A DNA stretch of 44,694 bases from a bacterium. Lineage in GTDB: Bacteria > Bdellovibrionota > UBA2428. Location of the stretch: NCBI GenBank assembly GCA_037137635.1, contig JBAXJW010000001.1, forward strand, positions 1 through 44,694. Direction: 5' to 3'. A model generated the notes under the pieces. It saw nothing but the letters and a program-made list of their open reading frames with translations. It did no database searches and was not told the DNA's origin. The translations under genes and the position numbers were made by a program. Of the stretch, positions 29,046 through 41,264 are shown piece by piece. The first letter of the stretch is position 1, and every line of letters starts with the position of its first letter.

Positions 29046-29101
29046 CTTAGGGAAAACTTGCTCTGTTCAATATGAAAGAATCCAATTAAGGTGGGGAAAG
29101 A

Positions 29102-30229
29102 ATGGAATTTACGATTGATAGAAGTCTGTTTTTGGAAGGATTAGAAAAAACTTTAAGTGTTGTCGAAAAAAGAAACACGATGCCTTCTCTAAACCATGCG
29201 TTGATAGATATTAAAGAAGATCAACTACAAATATCTGCAACGGATTTAGAAATTTTTGTAAGCGCAAGTGTTCCTTGTAAAGTCACAACATCTGGAAGAA
29301 TTGCACTTCCTGCAAAAAATCTTTATGACATTGTTAAAGAACTTCAAGCAAGTGAAGTTAAAATTAGAGGTCTTGAAAATAATCGTGTCGAAATAAAAAG
29401 TGGAAAAAGTTTATTTCGTTTAATGGGATTAGCAGCAGATGATTTTCCACACTTCAAAACATCTCCTAAGGGACAACTTTCAACTGGAAGATTGAAAGTA
29501 AAAGAATTTTTAAAATTAATTCAAAAAACTGAACATTGTATATGCCATGAAGAATACCGATATGCTCTTACAGGAATATATCTTGAATATTTAACGGAAG
29601 ATGGAAAAAGTAAATTAAGAGCAGTGGCAACAGATGGACATCGGTTATCCCTTATGGAATGCCCTGTGGATAAGTTAGGGAATGTTAAGCTCACAAAAGG
29701 AATGATCATTCCTCGAAAAGGTGCGGCAGAACTTCGAAAACTTTTAGAATCTACAAATGAAGAAGAATTTGAATTAACTTGCGATGAAAATTTAATTCGA
29801 GTGAATCTTGGAAGATTTAAAATTTGGATTAGACCTCTTGATGCGGAATATCCTGATTATAGAAGAGTTCTTCCTGGAGAACTTCCCAGTAAATTCTTTT
29901 GTCGTAAGTCGGATTTAAGTTCTGCTTTAAAAAGAATGTCCCTCCTTGTTTCAGATCGTTCAAGAGTTGTTGCTTTTGATTTTCAAAAAGAACGCTTACA
30001 ACTTTCAACACAAAACCCTGATTTAGGAGATGCAAACGACGAACTTTCAGGAGATTTTACAGGAAATACTGTAAAAGCCGGGTTTAACGCAAAATTTTTC
30101 TCAGAAGCGCTTCAGAACTTTACGGATGAAAAAATAGTTCTTCACGTAGGAGAAGCTTTGCAGCCTGCGGTTATTAAGGCTCCTGCAGAAGAAGGCATGA
30201 CCATTGTGATTATGCCTATGAGACTTTAA
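29102..30229 (+). CDS. dnaN: DNA polymerase III subunit beta (sliding clamp)
   Basis: 375 aa with a three-domain clamp pattern and a C-terminal ...VIMPMRL typical of DnaN. A strong SD lies upstream. Confidence 0.93.
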   Translation: MEFTIDRSLFLEGLEKTLSVVEKRNTMPSLNHALIDIKEDQLQISATDLEIFVSASVPCKVTTSGRIALPAKNLYDIVKELQASEVKIRGLENNRVEIKSGKSLFRLMGLAADDFPHFKTSPKGQLSTGRLKVKEFLKLIQKTEHCICHEEYRYALTGIYLEYLTEDGKSKLRAVATDGHRLSLMECPVDKLGNVKLTKGMIIPRKGAAELRKLLESTNEEEFELTCDENLIRVNLGRFKIWIRPLDAEYPDYRRVLPGELPSKFFCRKSDLSSALKRMSLLVSDRSRVVAFDFQKERLQLSTQNPDLGDANDELSGDFTGNTVKAGFNAKFFSEALQNFTDEKIVLHVGEALQPAVIKAPAEEGMTIVIMPMRL

Positions 30230-30247
30230 TCAAAAGTTTCCCCTGAG

Positions 30248-30320
30248 TTGTCCACAGTGGATCACAATGGATAAGTTGATTGAAAAATTATCAAATGACT
30301 TGTGGATAAGTGATGGATAA
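30248..30320. promoter_or_regulatory. second DnaA-box cluster (dnaN-recF intergenic)
   Basis: TTGTCCACA at 30248 (1 mismatch), AGTGGATCA at 30256, AATGGATAA at 30266, TGTGGATAA at 30301 (perfect) and GATGGATAA at 30312. Confidence 0.65.
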
Positions 30321-30337
30321 CTTTATAACCTGCATCT

Positions 30338-33906
<3,569 letters not shown>

Positions 33907-33909
33907 TTC

Positions 33910-35067
33910 ATGGAAAAGGTTGTTGATAATTTCAGGAAAGAGTTTTTTCTGGAGGCTCCAACTCATATTGCCCTAAACAATGCAGGAACTTCACTTTTAA
34001 CAAAAAAGTCCTTTGATAAGTTAACAAAAGTTTCTGAAGCTTTAGCGATCGAAGGAGCTTTTATAAATCCTTTGTTTGCTGAGCGTGAAAAAGCAAAAGA
34101 AACGCTTGCTCAGTTTTTAAATGCCAAAGTTACGGAAGTAGCTTGGGTTCAAAATTGCTCTGCAGCTCTTTCGATGGTTGCTCAGGGATATGAGGAAAAG
34201 AGTCATGAAGAAATTGTGATTCTTGAAAATGAATATCCCGCGAATTTTTATCCTTGGGTTGAACGATCTAAGAGAAATCAATCTCAATTAAGAATTGTTC
34301 CTGCAGAAAAAGATCTCACACGAGTGGAAGAAAAAATAATTTCTCAAATTAATTCCCGCACTCGAATTGTTGCGCTTTCTCACATCCAAAGCGATTGTGG
34401 GTTTAAAGTTGATGTTGCTTCTATTGCGGCAGCTGCACATAAAGTTGGTGCGATTGTGGTTTTGGATGTTATTCAGTCCATGGGAATTGAAAAGATAGAT
34501 TTTCAAAATCTTGGAGCCGATATTATTTGTGGAGGATCGCACAAGTGGCTTTGTGGTCCTATAGGAGCAGGCTTTTTGGTAGCTAAGGAAATTTTATTGG
34601 AAAAAATTACTCCTTGTCTCCATGGAGCAAATAATTACGGAACATTTGAGGATGCTTCTTGTGTTACAAAAACCCCTTTTCAAGATGCTCGAAGGTTTGA
34701 GCAGGGGACTGTTTCTTTTCATTCTATTTTAGGAACGGCAGCCTCTTTGGAAGTTTTAAAAGATTACAATGTGGATAACTTAGGGAAAAAATCGCTGTTT
34801 CTAAGAAGTTATTTAGCAGAGCATTTAAATGAACTTGGCTTTCATGTTTACGGAAACTCAAAAGCAACGGGACCACAAGTGTCTATTTCTCATCCAAAAA
34901 TTAAAATTGATGAATTCTCAATTGCTTTAAATAAAGAAAAAATATCACATGCTTTAAGGCCTGCTCCCGTACAGGAGAAAAAAGTTCTTCGCCTTTCTCC
35001 GCATGCATACAATACTAAAGATGAAATTGCGTTTGCAATTGAAACGCTTAAGAAGGTTTTAGCTTAA
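33910..35067 (+). CDS. class V aminotransferase-fold PLP-dependent enzyme (cysteine desulfurase / selenocysteine lyase-like)
   Basis: 385 aa with the PLP-lysine motif [10 protein letters not shown] and overall NifS/CsdA-like organisation. The precise substrate cannot be inferred. Confidence 0.75.
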   Translation: MEKVVDNFRKEFFLEAPTHIALNNAGTSLLTKKSFDKLTKVSEALAIEGAFINPLFAEREKAKETLAQFLNAKVTEVAWVQNCSAALSMVAQGYEEKSHEEIVILENEYPANFYPWVERSKRNQSQLRIVPAEKDLTRVEEKIISQINSRTRIVALSHIQSDCGFKVDVASIAAAAHKVGAIVVLDVIQSMGIEKIDFQNLGADIICGGSHKWLCGPIGAGFLVAKEILLEKITPCLHGANNYGTFEDASCVTKTPFQDARRFEQGTVSFHSILGTAASLEVLKDYNVDNLGKKSLFLRSYLAEHLNELGFHVYGNSKATGPQVSISHPKIKIDEFSIALNKEKISHALRPAPVQEKKVLRLSPHAYNTKDEIAFAIETLKKVLA

Positions 35068-35068
35068 T

Positions 35069-37576
35069 ATGACTGATAATAAAGAACCAATTGTTGTCGA
35101 TAAAATCGAATCCATCAAAATTGAAGAAGAGATGCAAGGAGCTTATCTCGAATATGCAATGTCAGTTATTGCTGGCCGCGCTCTTCCAGATGTGCGCGAT
35201 GGGTTGAAGCCTGTTCATAGAAGAATTCTTTTTTCGATGTACGGTCTTGGAAATACATACGATAAAAGATATTTAAAATCTGCCCGCACAGTGGGGGATG
35301 TAATCGGTAAATATCACCCTCACGGAGATTCGGCTGTGTATAACGCCCTTGTTCGTATGGCCCAAGATTTTTCGATGCGCTACATGCTCATCGATGGGCA
35401 AGGAAACTTTGGTTCTGTAGACGGGGACAGCGCCGCGGCTATGCGTTATACGGAAGCGCGCATGACCCGTTTTGCAGGTCATTTACTCTCGGATCTTGAA
35501 AAAGAAACTGTTGAGTTTGGCCCAAACTACGACGGAACCATGGAAGAGCCTAAGGTTCTTCCTTCTAAAATTCCTAACTTACTTGTGAACGGAAGTAACG
35601 GTATTGCCGTGGGAATGTCGACAAATATTCCTCCCCATAACGTGGGGGAGGTTCTGCGCGGAACAATTGCAATCATTGATAATCCCCAAATCGAGTTTGA
35701 TGAATTGATGAAAATTATTCCAGGCCCAGACTTACCAACGGCTGGAATTATTTCGAACATTTCTGGAATTCGTGCCGCTTACAAATACGGTAAGGGTTCT
35801 TTCACGATGACCGGTCGAGCAATCATTGAAAGTATTGGAAAAGATAAAGAAGCGATTGTTGTGATTGAGCTTCCTTATCAAGTGAACAAGTCTACTTGGA
35901 TTGAAAATATTGCGAGCCTTGTTCGTGATAAAGAAATTGAAGGAATCACAGACCTTAGAGATGAAAGTAACCGCGAGGGGATGCGTGTAGTTATTGAACT
36001 TCGTAAGGGAGAGGCTTCTCAAATTGTTTTAAATAATCTCTATGCAAAAACTCAACTCAGAACAAATTTTGGGGTGATTATGCTTGCTATTGAAAATGGG
36101 CGCCCTCGACTCTTTTCTTTGAAGGATTCGATTGTTGCGTTTATCGATCACCGTCGCGATGTTGTTACAAAAAGATGCGTCTTTGAACTTCGTAAGGCGC
36201 GAGACCGCGAACATTTGTTAGAAGGATTAAGAATTGCTCTTGATCAAATTGATGCTGTTGTTGATTTCTTAAAGAAAACAAAAGATGCAAAAACAGCAAA
36301 AGAAGGATTACAAGATAATTTCAAATTAAGTGAACGACAAGCTCAAGCCGTATTGGATATGCGATTACAGCGATTAACGGCTATTGAAACTCAAAAACTT
36401 ATTTCCGAATTAGAAGAAATCAAAACAGAAATTAATTATTTAAATCTTGTATTGGGTAGCGATATCGAGCTCATGAAAGTGATTAAGGCTGAATTAACAG
36501 AAATGCTGGATCATTACGGAGACAAACGAAGGTCTGAGATTTCTCTTGCGGACGATAAAGGTTTTAATGCTGAAGATTTCCTGCAAGACGAACAAGTTGT
36601 CGTCACAATTACAAATTCTGGATATGCAAAACGAAGTTCTGTGGAAGATTATCGATCTCAAGGGCGAGGCGGAAAAGGAATTAAGGGCGCTGACACTGGT
36701 AAAGACGATGATTTTGTAAAAGATATTTTCGTTGCGAGCACTCTGAGTTATCTTTTGTGCTTTACGAATTTGGGCCGTTTGCATTGGTTAAAGGTTCACC
36801 AAGTTCCAGAAATGAGTCGCACTGCTCGTGGACGACCTCTTGTTCAGCTTTTACAGCTTGTAAGTGGAGAAGAGGTTTTATCCATTCTCCCAATCAAGGA
36901 ATTTGTTGAAAACAAATATATCGTCATGGCTACAAAACAAGGCGTTATTAAGAAAACAGATTTAATGGCGTTCTCTAATATTAGAGCTGCAGGAATTATT
37001 GCCATTGCTTTTGATGATGGTGATTCGTTGGTTAAAGCCGCTTTATCTGATGGAAAGCAAGATATATTTGTGGCGACTAAGCTTGGGCAAAGTATTCGCT
37101 TTAGCGAGGAAGATGTTCGAGATATGGGTCGAAACGCTCGCGGAGTCAGGGGCATTAAGCTTGATGATAAAGATGCAGTTGTAGGAATGGAAATCTTTCC
37201 CACAGAAGAAAACGATAAAGACAAACTTTCTATTTTGAGTGTGAGTACTTTGGGTTATGGAAAACGCACTCCTCTTAATGAATATCGCACACAAGGTCGA
37301 GGTGGATCGGGAATTATCAATATCAAAGTTACCGATAAGATTGGCGAACTCGTGGCTGTGAAATTGGTTCGAGATGGTGATGATGCAATTGTCATTAGTA
37401 ATGTCGGTCAGCTTATTAGAACTCCTGTAAGTGAGATTCGAGAGATTGGCCGTAACACTCAAGGAGTGAGAGTCATCAACATGGACGATGGTGAAAGTGT
37501 AAAGGCTTTTGCAATTACTCGTGAAGTAGATGAAAGCCAAGTTGAAGAGACTTCTTCTGGTGAAAAATTAAATTAG
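35069..37576 (+). CDS. gyrA: DNA gyrase subunit A
   Basis: 835 aa with the active-site Tyr in [10 protein letters not shown], the [21 protein letters not shown], the GyrA box QGRGGKG and C-terminal beta-pinwheel repeats. Confidence 0.97.
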   Translation: MTDNKEPIVVDKIESIKIEEEMQGAYLEYAMSVIAGRALPDVRDGLKPVHRRILFSMYGLGNTYDKRYLKSARTVGDVIGKYHPHGDSAVYNALVRMAQDFSMRYMLIDGQGNFGSVDGDSAAAMRYTEARMTRFAGHLLSDLEKETVEFGPNYDGTMEEPKVLPSKIPNLLVNGSNGIAVGMSTNIPPHNVGEVLRGTIAIIDNPQIEFDELMKIIPGPDLPTAGIISNISGIRAAYKYGKGSFTMTGRAIIESIGKDKEAIVVIELPYQVNKSTWIENIASLVRDKEIEGITDLRDESNREGMRVVIELRKGEASQIVLNNLYAKTQLRTNFGVIMLAIENGRPRLFSLKDSIVAFIDHRRDVVTKRCVFELRKARDREHLLEGLRIALDQIDAVVDFLKKTKDAKTAKEGLQDNFKLSERQAQAVLDMRLQRLTAIETQKLISELEEIKTEINYLNLVLGSDIELMKVIKAELTEMLDHYGDKRRSEISLADDKGFNAEDFLQDEQVVVTITNSGYAKRSSVEDYRSQGRGGKGIKGADTGKDDDFVKDIFVASTLSYLLCFTNLGRLHWLKVHQVPEMSRTARGRPLVQLLQLVSGEEVLSILPIKEFVENKYIVMATKQGVIKKTDLMAFSNIRAAGIIAIAFDDGDSLVKAALSDGKQDIFVATKLGQSIRFSEEDVRDMGRNARGVRGIKLDDKDAVVGMEIFPTEENDKDKLSILSVSTLGYGKRTPLNEYRTQGRGGSGIINIKVTDKIGELVAVKLVRDGDDAIVISNVGQLIRTPVSEIREIGRNTQGVRVINMDDGESVKAFAITREVDESQVEETSSGEKLN

Positions 37577-37578
37577 TA

Positions 37579-38862
37579 ATGTCTGTGAATAGTGAATTTA
37601 TAGCGCGCGCAGAAAAGGTTTTTGTTGGGGGAGTGAATTCTCCCGTTCGAAGTTTTCGTCGTGTAGAGGGGAAACCCATTATTATTAAAAGAGCTCAAGG
37701 AGCTTTTATAGAAGATGTTGAGGGTAAAAAATATTTAGATCTTGTGATGTCGTATGGGCCGCATCTTTTTGGTCATCACTATGATCCGATTCTAAAAGCC
37801 ATAGCAAAAACTCTGGAAGAAGGTCTTTGCTATGGAATGACAAGTGAACGAGAAATTCAATGGGGTGAAAAGATGCTTTCTTTTTTACCGCCTCGTTGGA
37901 AAGTAAGAGCGTTAAGTTCTGGAACCGAAGCTTGTATGACCGCAATTCGTCTTGCTCGAGGTTATACAGGCAGAGATATAATTGTTAAATGTTCGGGTCA
38001 TTATCATGGACATGTAGATTCACTTTTGTTTGATGCGGGAAGTGGGCTTGCCACCTTAAGTGAAGAAAGTGTTCCTGATTCTGCAGGGATTCCTCAATCG
38101 CTTGGAAAACTTTTAAAAATTATCCCTTTTAATGATGTTTCTGCTCTTGAAAAAGTTTTTTATGAGCACGGCGAGCAAGTTGCAGCATTTATTTTTGAGC
38201 CCATCATGGGGAACATGGGAGTTGTCCTTCCTGAAGAAAGTTTTTTAAAAAGAGCGCGTGAGCTGACCCAAAAACACAAAGCGCTTTTAATTTTAGATGA
38301 AGTCATGACAGGATTTCGAGTTGCTAAAAATTCAGCTTGGGGTCGCTTTGATCTTCAACCTGATCTTGTGACCTTTGGAAAAATTGTAGGAGGAGGCTCA
38401 GCTTTATCGGCTTTAGCTGGAGATGCAAAAATTCTAGATTCTCTTGCTCCTCTTGGAAAAGTCTATCAAGCCGGTACGCTCTCTGGAAATCCGATCGGTG
38501 TAAGCGCAGGCCTTGCAATGCTTGAAGAAATTGATCGCTGTGATCCCTATCCTTCTTTAGAAAAGTTGGGCGAAAAGTTGGAAAACACACTTCAAAATGT
38601 AGCTTTGAAAAAAGGAATTCAACTCAGCGCTGTTCGTTGTGCCTCGATGTTGAGCATTCACTTTAAAAAAGAAAAACCTCGAAACGCAGCTGAGACTCGC
38701 GATATCGATTATGAATTATATAAGAAGTTTTTTTGGTCAGCCGTGAAAAACGGAGTCATGTTACCACCTTCTCCCTTTGAGGCTTATTTTCTAGCAACAG
38801 CTCACTGCCAACACGAAGACCAGCTTCTTTCTTCATTTGAAAAAATATTGAGTGATATATGA
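37579..38862 (+). CDS. hemL: glutamate-1-semialdehyde 2,1-aminomutase
   Basis: 427 aa class III aminotransferase with LILDEVMTGFRVA and the PLP lysine in TFGKIVGGG. Confidence 0.92.
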   Translation: MSVNSEFIARAEKVFVGGVNSPVRSFRRVEGKPIIIKRAQGAFIEDVEGKKYLDLVMSYGPHLFGHHYDPILKAIAKTLEEGLCYGMTSEREIQWGEKMLSFLPPRWKVRALSSGTEACMTAIRLARGYTGRDIIVKCSGHYHGHVDSLLFDAGSGLATLSEESVPDSAGIPQSLGKLLKIIPFNDVSALEKVFYEHGEQVAAFIFEPIMGNMGVVLPEESFLKRARELTQKHKALLILDEVMTGFRVAKNSAWGRFDLQPDLVTFGKIVGGGSALSALAGDAKILDSLAPLGKVYQAGTLSGNPIGVSAGLAMLEEIDRCDPYPSLEKLGEKLENTLQNVALKKGIQLSAVRCASMLSIHFKKEKPRNAAETRDIDYELYKKFFWSAVKNGVMLPPSPFEAYFLATAHCQHEDQLLSSFEKILSDI

Positions 38863-39179
38863 TTCAAATGAATACCGTTATTTCTATTTTAATTGGTTTA
38901 ACAATTGGGCTTTTTCTTACTTTTAGCAGCTCTTACATTATTAAAAAGGCCTTTAAAGCTGTTAGTAATAAAGAAACTACTAAAAGTCAGTTCGCAGCGC
39001 TTGCTGAAGGAACAGCTCTTGCTTCTCTTTGGCTTGGAAAATTGATTGTAGCAATTGGAGTGATTCATTTTTCAATGAAAGCTGGATATTCCTCTTTGTA
39101 TATTGGTGTTTTGACCCCGGTAGGGATACTTTTGGGAGTCTTTCTTTTGCTTTTTTTTGGTAGAAAAAAAAGCCCATAA
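38859..39179 (+). CDS. small membrane protein, probable ATP synthase protein I (AtpI-like)
   Basis: 106 aa with 3-4 hydrophobic helices, directly upstream of atpB. The assignment is positional only. Confidence 0.45.
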   Translation: MIQMNTVISILIGLTIGLFLTFSSSYIIKKAFKAVSNKETTKSQFAALAEGTALASLWLGKLIVAIGVIHFSMKAGYSSLYIGVLTPVGILLGVFLLLFFGRKKSP

Positions 39180-39224
39180 CTTTGTGTTTACAGGCGTTCT
39201 TTGGGGCGATATGTATTTTTATAG

Positions 39225-40037
39225 ATGTCCGCTGGTTTTAAGATTTGGAATCCTCTGCATATTGAGTATTTGAACGCAAATCCTCATTTTGGTGCAGCAC
39301 TTGTGACGGCTGGAATCTTTGTTGCGGGCGGAGTTGCTTACCGTCTTACAACTTCTTCTTCAAAAAGCTCAAAACAAGCTTTGGAACAAGCTCAAGATGA
39401 AGACCTCGTTCCTTCTGAAAAAGTTGGATTAAGAAATATTTTTGAATCTATTGGAGAGTTTGTCCAAGGTCTTGCGAAAGATATCATGGGACACGACTAT
39501 CCTAAGTTTCTTCCAATGATTCTTTTCATTTTTACTTGGGTTTTAGTCAGTAACTTGATGGGAACCATTCCAGGAATCGGGGCCCCTACTATAGACATCA
39601 ATACAACCCTTTCTATGGGTTTGTTTGTTTTTATTTATTATAACTTTAAAGGGTTTAGAGCGAGTGGATTTAAATATCTTGAGCACTTTACCGGACATTT
39701 GCATGGGGTTTTACTTTTTTGCTTTGGTTGGTTGATGTTTCCCCTAGAACTTATTTCTCACTCTCTACGACCTCTTACATTGGGAATTCGTTTAAGAACG
39801 AACATCTTTGCCGATCACGCCGTCTTTGATATTATTTCTGGATTAACACAAGACCTCGCCCATTTTATGGAAGCAAAATTGGGGTTTGTAGGTAAAATTC
39901 TTGGATTTTTAACAGCATCAGCAGCTCCCATTCCACTTGTTCTACTCGGAATTATTTTTTGCTGTGTACAGGCCTTAGTCTTTACGCTCTTAACGAGCGT
40001 CTATATTAGCATTGCAACCTCGCATGAAGACCATTAA
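39225..40037 (+). CDS. atpB: F0F1 ATP synthase subunit a
   Basis: 270 aa polytopic membrane protein with the conserved Arg region SLRPLTLGIRLRTNIFADH. It is followed by atpE. Confidence 0.85.
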   Translation: MSAGFKIWNPLHIEYLNANPHFGAALVTAGIFVAGGVAYRLTTSSSKSSKQALEQAQDEDLVPSEKVGLRNIFESIGEFVQGLAKDIMGHDYPKFLPMILFIFTWVLVSNLMGTIPGIGAPTIDINTTLSMGLFVFIYYNFKGFRASGFKYLEHFTGHLHGVLLFCFGWLMFPLELISHSLRPLTLGIRLRTNIFADHAVFDIISGLTQDLAHFMEAKLGFVGKILGFLTASAAPIPLVLLGIIFCCVQALVFTLLTSVYISIATSHEDH

Positions 40038-40048
40038 AAGGAGAGATC

Positions 40049-40366
40049 ATGAAATTCAACAAAATTGTCGCTATTAGTTCTTTTGCACTACCTTTATTAG
40101 CAATGGCTGAAGAAACAGCTGCTGCTGCACAACACGGAAACGCTGGAGCAAGTTATGCTTATCTAGCTGCTGGTTTTGGTGTTGCTATTGCTGCTGCTGT
40201 CGTTGGCTATGCTCAAAGCCGAGCTGCTTCTGCTGCTCTTGACGGTATTGCACGTAACCCTGCATCTGCAAGTGCTTCACTCGTTCCCCTCATCTTGAGC
40301 TTAGCTTTCATGGAAGCTTTGGTTCTTTTGACTTTCGTTATCGCTCAATCATTGGCTGCTAAGTAA
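40049..40366 (+). CDS. atpE: F0F1 ATP synthase subunit c (with N-terminal extension)
   Basis: 105 aa with a strong SD (AAGGAG). The C-terminal 70 aa form a c-subunit hairpin with the loop GIARNP and the ion-binding carboxylate in AFMEAL. The first ~25 aa resemble a signal peptide. Confidence 0.85.
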   Translation: MKFNKIVAISSFALPLLAMAEETAAAAQHGNAGASYAYLAAGFGVAIAAAVVGYAQSRAASAALDGIARNPASASASLVPLILSLAFMEALVLLTFVIAQSLAAK

Positions 40367-40373
40367 TTAACGA

Positions 40374-41264
40374 TTGTTAAGCATTGATGTTTTTGATCTA
40401 CGCAATAAAAGTGTAGTGAAAGAAAAAGTTTACGGCGGAAAGTTGTTGCGTATATTCTATGCAACCTTTCCGCTTAATTTTTTTGTAAGTCTTTCTTGGG
40501 TTCAAAAAATCGTAAGTGTTTTTGTAGGGATTTATAAACGAAGTTCCTGGAGTCGAAAACAAATTCTTCCCTTTATTCATCAATATGAAATGAATCTCGA
40601 TGAGTTTGTTGTCCCTCAAGAGGGATTTCAAAACTTCAATGAATTTTTTATTCGTCAAAAAAAAGAAATTATTTTTTCAAATGAAGAAAATATCTTTTCA
40701 TCTCCTTGCGAGGCTCGTCTTGTGGCAAGTCGCTTTGAAGATTCTATTCCTCGCTTAAAAGTTAAGGGAAAAGAAATTCTTTTGCCTGCCTTGTTGGGCC
40801 CTTTTCAAAATAAACTTCCTCAAAAAGGATGGGCTTTAACCTTTCGCTTGTGTCCTCTTGATTATCATCGCTTTCATTTTTTTGATTCAGGAATTGCAGA
40901 TGAAGCATTCAAGCTTGGAACAAAACTCGATTCTGTGAATCCCTGGGCGCTTGAATCCAAACCCCGCATTTTTGAGTGGAATGAGAGACAAATTACTCTT
41001 TTTCATTCTGATCATTTTGGAGATGTTTTCTATATCGAAGTTGGAGCTTTATGTGTGGGTAGAATTCATCAAACCTATGAATCAGGAAAGCTCTTGAAAA
41101 AGGGCCAGGAAAAGGGATTTTTCGATTTTGGAGGCTCAACTGTTGTTTTAATCGTGTCTGACGGACAAAAAAAACTAGAATTAGACCCCTTAGTCCTTTC
41201 TCAAAATGCTTTAGGAGTTGAGGTTTTAGTAAGGCTCGGCGATAATCTGGGCCGGTGGGTGTAG
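40374..41264 (+). CDS. psd: phosphatidylserine decarboxylase proenzyme
   Basis: 296 aa with a TTG start and the self-cleavage motif FGGSTV near the C-terminus. The overall pattern is PSD-like. Confidence 0.82.
   Translation: MLSIDVFDLRNKSVVKEKVYGGKLLRIFYATFPLNFFVSLSWVQKIVSVFVGIYKRSSWSRKQILPFIHQYEMNLDEFVVPQEGFQNFNEFFIRQKKEIIFSNEENIFSSPCEARLVASRFEDSIPRLKVKGKEILLPALLGPFQNKLPQKGWALTFRLCPLDYHRFHFFDSGIADEAFKLGTKLDSVNPWALESKPRIFEWNERQITLFHSDHFGDVFYIEVGALCVGRIHQTYESGKLLKKGQEKGFFDFGGSTVVLIVSDGQKKLELDPLVLSQNALGVEVLVRLGDNLGRWV

Noticed and set aside
34770-34778. Perfect DnaA box TGTGGATAA inside the class V aminotransferase gene. A one-mismatch box also occurs in recF near 31221.
   Set aside because: Isolated 9-mers are expected by chance at about this frequency in 45 kb on both strands. 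There is no clustering.
35273-37540. Series of long minus-strand ORFs (69-165 aa) inside gyrA.
   Set aside because: They are antisense to a full-length, motif-rich gyrA and have no recognisable motifs. They are typical shadow ORFs. The same applies to the plus-strand ORFs inside uvrA (e.g. 43298-43822), mnmG (22228-22611), murD, mraY and the atp genes.
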